The notes below the pieces were generated by a model. It searched no databases, had not been told where the DNA came from, and saw nothing but the letters and a program-made list of their open reading frames with translations. From assembly GCA_964016885.1 (NCBI GenBank), contig OZ024747.1, positions 51,522,001 to 51,586,000 on the forward strand: 64,000 bases of DNA, read 5' to 3'. Source of the DNA: Eledone cirrhosa. Taxonomy: Eukaryota. Below, piece after piece: positions 55,836 to 64,000 of the stretch. The position numbers were made by a program, and so were the translations under genes. Position 1 is the stretch's first letter. Each line of letters begins with the position of its first letter.

Positions 55836-57206
55836 CACACAGTATGTGAGCGCAGTCAAATGAACACAAACTGAGATGTGCTTGCTTCCTATTTCCACCG
55901 TTTATATGAAACAATCTGGCTGCAATGGCAGGCTGGAATAACATGCAATACAATACCACAGATATTAGTAAAAATTTCGTTAAGTCATTGTATGATATAA
56001 CATCTGTATATAAATGACAATATACTGTTTTGATTCCGATCGTATATGGATATTGCCTGGGAAATATGGTTAGATCAATGCACCATTCCTTTAATCCTTT
56101 CACATAATATATTCAATAAAGGGTTATTTAAATTTCGGCATGTTACTCTGTTGTTCATACGATTTCAGAACTTTCAGAAAAAATACTTAACCTAAGCCGG
56201 GTTAGGTTTAGTTAAATTTACAGCGAATAATAGGTTTTGATTGTGATTGAGGCTTGTATGGTAATATCTGGTTATATCTGGTTACATCTGCCAAACATAA
56301 GTTTGAAGCAGTAGATATATCACAGAAAAAGCCACTCATGTAAGGCCGTTTTATTCTCTTATATGTAGGAATAGGCGGCGAATTAGTCGTTAGAACGACA
56401 GAAAGTATGCGTTGCGGTATTCGTTCCGGCTCACAACGCTCTCAGTTCAAATCCCGTCAAAGTCAACATCACTTTACTTCCTTTCAAGTCCATTAAAAAG
56501 TACCAGTCTAAAACTGGTTTCAATGCCTCCTCTATATCTCTTTTTCAGTTCCCCCTTCTCTCTCTTTCTCTCTCTCTCTCTCTGTATGTATGTGCGTATG
56601 TATGTACGTATGTATGTACGTATGTATGCATGTATGTATGTATGCATGTACGTATGTATGTATGTATTATGTATGTATGTATGTATGTATGTATGTATGT
56701 ATGTATGTATGTATGTATGTATGCATGCATGCATGTATGTATGTATGTATGTATGTATGTATATATGTATGTATGTATGTATGCGTATCTATGATTCACA
56801 TTGACGAAAAATAATATTTTATGTTCTAGACCAGTGGTTCCCAAGTGTTTCCCTACCTAGGATCACTTCCTTTATTTTGGAGAATTATCCCAGGAACGCC
56901 AGGTGTTTGTAAGCCTATATTCCGCTACAATTACTCTTTTGTCAGAATGTTATACGGTGAAAATAACAATTGAAAGAGAAATATGTTTATGTTTCCAGAG
57001 TAATGTATATCAAATTGTATGTGTATATTATACTTGTAATAATATACACATAATTTGCGGCTATCCATTACTCCCTTTGTGGATCTCTAGGGGTCTGTAA
57101 GCAGTAGGCTAGGAACCATTGCGCTTGACTTGACTGTTAAGTGCCTGACAAATATCACTTCTATGATATTTAAAATTTCGATAATAGTAATCCTGTTGTG
57201 CTTGAT

Positions 57207-57804
57207 ATAACGTATCATAATTGTTTCTACGTTTGGCACAAGGCCAGCAATTACCCAGTGTATTACTGGTACTTTATTTTATCGACCCCATAAGGATGAA
57301 AGGCAAAGTTAACGTCGGCGGGATTTGAAATCAGATCGTAAAGGGACGTAACTCTTTGCGTCAAAGCATGGCGTCCGACCCTCTACTGATACTGCCAATC
57401 CACCGCATAACGTATCATAATTGCTTCTACGTTTGGCACAAGGCCAGCAATTACCCAGTGCATTACTGGTACTTTATTTTATCGACCCCATAAGGATGAA
57501 AGGCAAAGTTAACCTCGGCGGGATTTGAAATCAGATCGTAAAGGGACGTAACTCTTTGCGTCAAAGCATGGCGTCCGACCCTCTACTGATACTGCCAATC
57601 CACCGCATAACGTATCATAATTGCTTCTACGTTTGGCACAAGGCCAGCAATTACCCAGTGCATTACTGGTACTTTATTTTATCGACCCCATAAGGATGAA
57701 AGGCAAAGTAAACCTCGGCGGGATTTGAACTCAGAATGGCAAGGGTCGTAACTCTATGTGTCAAAGCATGGCGTCCGACCTTCTACCGATACTGCCAATC
57801 CACC
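57207..57804 (-). mobile_element. Three head-to-tail SINE family 1 copies with a 200-bp period
   Basis: Units start at 57207, 57407 and 57607, each including the spacer ataacgtatcat. Confidence 0.9.
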
Positions 57805-58029
57805 TAAAGTATAACGTTATTCAAACATTTCATATTTGATTGGTTTAATTCTTTCTCCACGTAGTTATAAATTCTACTTTCGAAATATGAATGGAGCAGC
57901 AAGAACTCTGAATAAAATGCTCTCCTACCTGGAAACTATTTTTCTAAAGGAAGGTAGAAATGTATAATGTACCCAACGAGTCATCAAAATCCCCTGCATG
58001 CAGTAGTCATTATTGGAACATATCAAGGT

Positions 58030-58500
58030 TTAATTGGGCTTGAGGGATAAATAATACCGACACAAAAAATGACGTCATTCGTGTCTGTACCAAAGGTAAG
58101 TATGGCATCAAAATCATTCTAAACTCGCTCGTTTAGTGTCCAAGCATTGCTGACTTGTGGAGTCATGTTGAACAGCTGTTGTCGTCTGTAGGACCAGTCT
58201 GGCTATCTGCTGATTCACCGGTGGACATAGTCTGTCACACTCTTTATAGCTAGGAAAGAAGAGAAGGAGAGTTTTCATGAGCTAGGTGTTTGTGGCAAAT
58301 GAAATTGTATGGTGAACAAGATTGTGAGGAGTGTAGTGAGACATGCTCTTCTTCAGTCAAACCACTCATCAATTTCCTTTGGTTCTACTTGAATACAACT
58401 TGAAGTAGGTAAGGGTGAAAAGGAAGGTATGAATTAAAAAGGGTGTGAGAAGGATGAGAAGGGATAGCGTGAAGGCGATAATCTAAGCTTGTATATCTAG
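58030..58500 (+). mobile_element. Old degenerate Tx1-like LINE 3' fragment
   Basis: gtgtccaagcattgctgacttgtggagtcatgttgaacagctg.tgtc...gtaggac aligns with 49735-49800. Confidence 0.6.
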
Positions 58501-58792
58501 ACCGGAGAACACATTTGGACGAGTGCTGTTGCTCTTGGTATTAATGGTAGTCGAGGATATAAGTGGAGTCATGATTAACATTACATAGGTTTCCCAACAC
58601 TGGATAATTAATGTTATTCATCTTGTCGATCGTTCTATCAGCTCATTCATAAGCGATTCTGTGTAAACTTCTGCCATTTTCATTTGTTTGTGCTTGAAAT
58701 ATTCCCTTATCCGATGCCATATGGCAAAACCAGAAGAAAACAACCATATAAAATACATACAGTATATTATACATTATGCAATATATATATAC

Positions 58793-58823
<31 letters not shown>

Positions 58824-59345
58824 CGTGTGTGCGTGTGTGCGTGTGTGCGTGTGTCTGTGTATCTGTGTGTGTATTCAAACACACACATACACACACGTAT
58901 CCAAAGAATTCATAGCTAAATGCTTTCAAATATATATTCGTACACATACCGTATATCATTAGGCATACGAGGTATACATACTTATATAAATACAGCTATA
59001 TTGGAGAAAATACCTTAATTCTATTTCTTGTTCAGCCTACTGCTCTGTACACAAATGAGGTTCATCAGCCCATATACATATGCCCTAAAGCTATATGTTT
59101 TCACCTAAATTGAATACCAGCAGAAAGCAAGGTAAGGGGATCATTGCCTGGATAACGACCATCTGTTATAAATGGCTGTCGGTAATCCTTCCCTCCATCA
59201 CACAACTTGCTTCTGCTGTAACTCGCTAGATGGTGCTCCGCCATCAGTTTGCAAAATTCAGTGCTATTGGTTTTGAAATGTTTATTCGTAAACATACCGT
59301 ATATCATTAGATATACAAAATACACACACTCACACACACACACAC

Positions 59346-59440
<95 letters not shown>

Positions 59441-60179
59441 ATATTGTTATTGTTATTACTTTTAAGGAATCTGTTCTATTAATGAAACAATTCGGAAGAA
59501 AGCAACTTAGATTCAAACATATGTGTGAAGTTATTATGTGCAAGCATAATAAAATAATGAACCATACCACAATGCACGCTTTTTTACCTTCCTCTTTCTC
59601 CTCCGCCGCCTCCTAATTTACATTCAACACAAAAGAGTCGTTCTAAAATATACTAAACCTTTTATTAAAATTTATTTAAGCTACGTGAATTTCTATAGAA
59701 GTAACAGTTGTCAACAGATTTTTTCATTGTAAAGATTTTTTTATGGTGGAAACAAACAATATAATTGTATAGATAACTACAACATTTACAGGAAACCATC
59801 TTGCAAACAAGCGTTCTTCTAGATGATTCCAAATAGAACTCCACGACACAGTAGTAACTGAGCAATATGGCGGCTTTTGATAAACGACAATTAGCAGACG
59901 TCATCGACGTGAATTGCAAAGTGTTATTTTGTAAAACAACAAAGATACACAGACATGTGATTACAAACTCACGAAAATGTGCGTGCACGCACATATATGT
60001 AAGTTTGTATGTATGTGTGTAAATGTAAGAATACATATATATATATACATTTATAAGTATGTATCTATTTGTATAAATGCAAATATATATATATGTGTGT
60101 GTGTGTATGTATATATATATATATATATACTGTATATATATATATATATATGTGTGTATATATATATACACATATATAT

Positions 60180-60267
<88 letters not shown>

Positions 60268-60319
60268 GCATATATATTTCTTGAGATCTGTTCCATTGTG
60301 TTGTTGTAATAATTACAGC

Positions 60320-60364
<45 letters not shown>

Positions 60365-60576
60365 GCGCGCGCGCATACACACACACACATGTGCTCAAGC
60401 AAATATAAGTTGAAATAATTAAAAAGAATAAAAACTCTACCTCATCGCGACATTAGTTTAAAACATTCAAAGGAAACAAAGGTTTGTAATGAAATGAATT
60501 TCATTGTTTCGTCACACTGTGTGTTTTATATGCATATGAATGTCGTCTTTGTGATTAACTACATGTAGGCACTTGA

Positions 60577-60655
<79 letters not shown>

Positions 60656-60828
60656 TGTGTGTGTACATATATGGTTAAAGAGACTGGTCTCAATGACTGA
60701 GCTCGTGCCTTTTCAACTGCTAGTTCCAGACTGATAACCGAAAAGCTTAGCCGTTTACTGGCTATATCATCAGGGAAGTGGTTTGTCCAAATAAGGGCAT
60801 ACATTATTTATCCAATATATATATATAC

Positions 60829-60878
<50 letters not shown>

Positions 60879-60912
60879 ATAGATAGATAGATATATGTAT
60901 ATTTATATATAT

Positions 60913-60957
<45 letters not shown>

Positions 60958-61011
60958 TACACGGGTGTGTATGATTGTGTATTGAACATTATATTAATAA
61001 AAGGAATAAAA

Positions 61012-61198
61012 GGGCGGTGGATTGGCAGTATCGGTAGAGGGTCGGACGCCATGCTTTCCAGCATAGTTACGTCCCTTTACCAGCTGAGTTCAAATCCCGC
61101 CGAGGTTGACTTTGCCTTTCATCCTTACGGGGTCGATAAAATAAAGTACCAGTAATGCACTGGTAATTGCTGGCCTTGTGCCTAAAGTAGAAACAATT
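61012..61198 (+). mobile_element. SINE family 1 with TSD
   Basis: Full copy flanked by attatattaataaaaggaat on both sides. Confidence 0.88.
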
Positions 61199-61419
61199 AT
61201 ATTAATAAAAGGAATTCCAACTTTGTCTGATTTACTCGTTTTATTTACAATCCTTTAAAATTATAATGATGGTAGAATATTAAAAATTATAAGTATGGTA
61301 GAATATTAAATGTTAAGTGTTAATTGAACAAGTACTTTCATGCTTTCGCAATCTTCAGGTTCATATTCAGTGGTGACAGTCAAGTTTGCAATTTTCAATA
61401 TATATATATGTTTATATTT

Positions 61420-61555
61420 AGGAACAAGTATGACCCCGACGGCGGAGCTCAAGCCGTTTCGTCGAAACTTGTTCCTATTACCCACTCTACTACCCTAAGT
61501 ATTGAGTTCTTTGGTGCGTTATGGTCCATCTGGTTCCTTACCACAATTCCTTCGT

Positions 61556-61557
<2 letters not shown>
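61420..61557. mobile_element. Family B fold-back insertion with deleted centre
   Basis: aggaacaagtatgaccccgacggcggagctcaagccgtttcg joined to cttgttcctattacccactc...ccttcgtt. Confidence 0.8.
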
Positions 61558-61598
<41 letters not shown>

Positions 61599-61943
61599 AG
61601 TATGGTTCAACTCACAGGTAGCTGCGCTTTATGATATAGTCATTCTTATCACGGTGCAAAAACAATATCACTCGACGGTATGTATATCTGCCATTTGGGA
61701 TTCAGTAAACCGTGGTTGTGTACTGGAACCAAATTACTTATTTCAATGAGAAATACGAGAAGGTCGGCTTCAAATAACTTTTTGTATTCTTGCTTAATAC
61801 GTATTCCTGTGGCCGATTTACGTCATCAGGAACTGGACATAAAACAACCGCTCTCGTCATCATATGGTATGAACATAATAGGTTTAATTAAGATGTGGCC
61901 GAGTGTTACTGCTGCCCCAGCATCAGTTCCGTATGATTTTCAT

Positions 61944-62032
<89 letters not shown>

Positions 62033-62188
62033 ATATATATATAGTTATGTAATAAACAACCTAAGGCAATTATTCCATTTGCCAGTGGTTTCTTAAAAGT
62101 AAAAAATGTTGCTTTCAATCATCAGAATGAAAAATTCTTGGTGTATTTAATGATATTGGATTCTTAGAATCCAATATCAATAAATACA

Positions 62189-62220
62189 CTAATGAAGGAC
62201 TAGCGTCCGAAACGTTAAGA
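62189..62220 (+). ncRNA. Degenerate minimal HHR (G5A), preceded by a ~50-bp hairpin at 62141-62189
   Basis: CTAATGA-a-ggac tagc gtcc-GAAA-cg-TT^aaga. Confidence 0.55.
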
Positions 62221-62301
62221 CCCTCTTCCTGCTGTATCAAGCGTTAAACTAATACATCCCTTGCATATACTGTACCGATTGTGTTGTTGTTTCAGCTGAC
62301 C

Positions 62302-62395
<94 letters not shown>

Positions 62396-62922
62396 GTATA
62401 TATATATATGTATATATATATGTATATATATTTGCGTGTATGTATCATCATCATACCAGAAATTGCGGCAGGCGTGTGGTTATTTTGACGAAAGGTTTGT
62501 GATGTGGTTTAAAAGGTCACGCGTGATTTACTTATCTTATGTGGTAGGAGGACATTGTGTGAGTTCGTATGTAAACATATAATTGTTTCTACTATTGACA
62601 CAATGCCAGCAAATATCCAGTACATTACTGGTACTTTATTTTATTACTTGTACTTTATTATATACATATATATGTGTGTGTGTATTTATATATAAATATA
62701 TATATACATACGTACGCATATTTTAATATACAGTATATGTTCACAAATACATAGTCAGCCATAAACTCATAAACAAATAGATAAACCCAGCGTAGACGTT
62801 AATGAACGTATGGAATGGAATAATAATTAGAAAAAAAATCCATCAATAAATAGAACAGGAGATAAAACAGAATTTAAAGAGCAAAATTAAACCATTCTGT
62901 ATAGAGAGAGAGGGGGGGGAGG

Positions 62923-62976
<54 letters not shown>

Positions 62977-63187
62977 AGAGAAAGAGAGAGGTGGGATAGT
63001 GAGGGGAGAGTTAGACAGACAGATAGAGAGAAAGAAAGAAACAACGTAAAACCTATGTGTTCTGTTCTAAAGCTGGCCCTGTTTCAATTTGAGTGGACGA
63101 TAGAGTTGGGTGGGATTATAGATAGCAGAAAAGAGAGAGGAAGAGAAGGCAATACAAAGATATATAGAGAATGGTATATGTGTATGT

Positions 63188-63235
<48 letters not shown>

Positions 63236-63328
63236 GTGTGTGTGTATGTGTGTGTGTGTGTGTGTGTGTATGTGTGTGTGTGTGTGTGTGTGTGTTTATT
63301 TGAATGTGTCAAAGCCGGCCATTTATCG

Positions 63329-63370
<42 letters not shown>

Positions 63371-63384
63371 TACATTATTATTAT

Positions 63385-63438
<54 letters not shown>

Positions 63439-63444
<6 letters not shown>

Positions 63445-63895
63445 CAGATTAAAGTTTAAGCAAAGAATCGCTGCTTTCACCCTTAACGGGATCTTCTGAA
63501 ACTAAATCAGTCAATCTGTGAACCCAGAAGTAATTATTTCAAAAAACGTTGCAACCGAAGGAAGACGGGGAGACGATACTTTTGTTCGTGGAAACGTTCC
63601 CTGGCAAAGAACGGAAAAAAAACGAAGATAATACGTCATTATTTGGTGCGGCGAAAACAATTACACGCAAAGACAAAACCGTTCTTTGCCAGGGAACGTT
63701 TCCACGAACCAAAGTATTGTCTTCCTGTCTTCCTTCGGTTGCAACGTTTTTTTAAATATTTACTTCTGCGTTCACAGATTGACTTTTTTAGTTTCAGAAG
63801 ATCCGTTAAGGGTGAAAGCATCGATTCTTTGCTTAAACTTTAATCTGTTATTTTAATAAATATTTGCTCTACGGTTCTTATAAAATTCTGATATA
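63439..63895. mobile_element. Family E fold-back insertion with two HHR arms
   Basis: About 63439-63615 is inverted at about 63678-63853. The short arm abuts (TA)n and a tail continues on the right. Confidence 0.82.
63453..63503 (-). ncRNA. Hammerhead-like motif with CAGAAGA core, family E
   Basis: agttt-CAGAAGA-tccc gttaa gggt-GAAA-gcag cgattct ttgc-TT^aaact; mirrored at 63790-63839 on the plus strand. Confidence 0.68.
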
Positions 63896-64000
63896 TATTT
63901 ATCCTTATCGAGCCCTCTTTGGATTTTAGTCTTCAAATCTATTATTATTACTATATCTATCTTATGGACAAAGAGAAAGATAGAAGTGCATATGGATACT

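Noticed and set aside
55825-56103. 92-aa minus-strand ORF with a hydrophobic stretch
   Set aside because: No recognisable family, no clear splice structure, and it runs into a microsatellite.
59036-59130. Segment with good acceptor (ttcttgttcag) and donor (aag|gtaagg) signals
   Set aside because: Stops in all three frames and no partner exons. It could be a non-coding exon, but that cannot be supported from sequence alone.
59830-59910. YY1-like (aatatggcggc) and CRE-like (gacgtca) motifs as a promoter
   Set aside because: Short motifs with no linked exon or transcript evidence.
60676-60720. Minus-strand TTGAAAA...GAGA-ccag-TC as a third U3:A8 hammerhead
   Set aside because: GAGA instead of GAAA, stem II out of register and no stem I. 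At best a decayed relic.

Overview
Eukaryotic, microsatellite-saturated, AT-rich non-genic DNA. The SINE types and repeat landscape resemble an octopus genome, but this is an inference. No host protein-coding gene is supported, and almost all listed ORFs are translations of (TA)n/(CA)n/(GA)n tracts. Real content: two decayed Penelope-like retroelements (PLEs; RT plus GIY-YIG, with the CxCx5C linker typical of the Naiad clade); a cluster of Tx1/L1-like LINE copies sitting in (TCTA)n; two tRNA-derived SINE families; hAT-type MITEs; a rearranged mariner relic; and minisatellites. The hidden structure is a dense set of type I hammerhead ribozyme (HHR) motifs from at least eight sequence families, mostly lying in short PLE-terminus insertions in or beside (TA)n tracts. 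Many share a fold-back architecture: (TA)n, a long arm with a tail, an inverted short arm, (TA)n. Two unrelated families carry a non-canonical UUGANAA core (a compensatory U3:A8 swap of the catalytic C3:G8 pair). Another has a CAGAAGA core, and a group of families keeps a C-C mismatch in stem II amid covarying pairs. All folds were assigned by eye and none has been tested.
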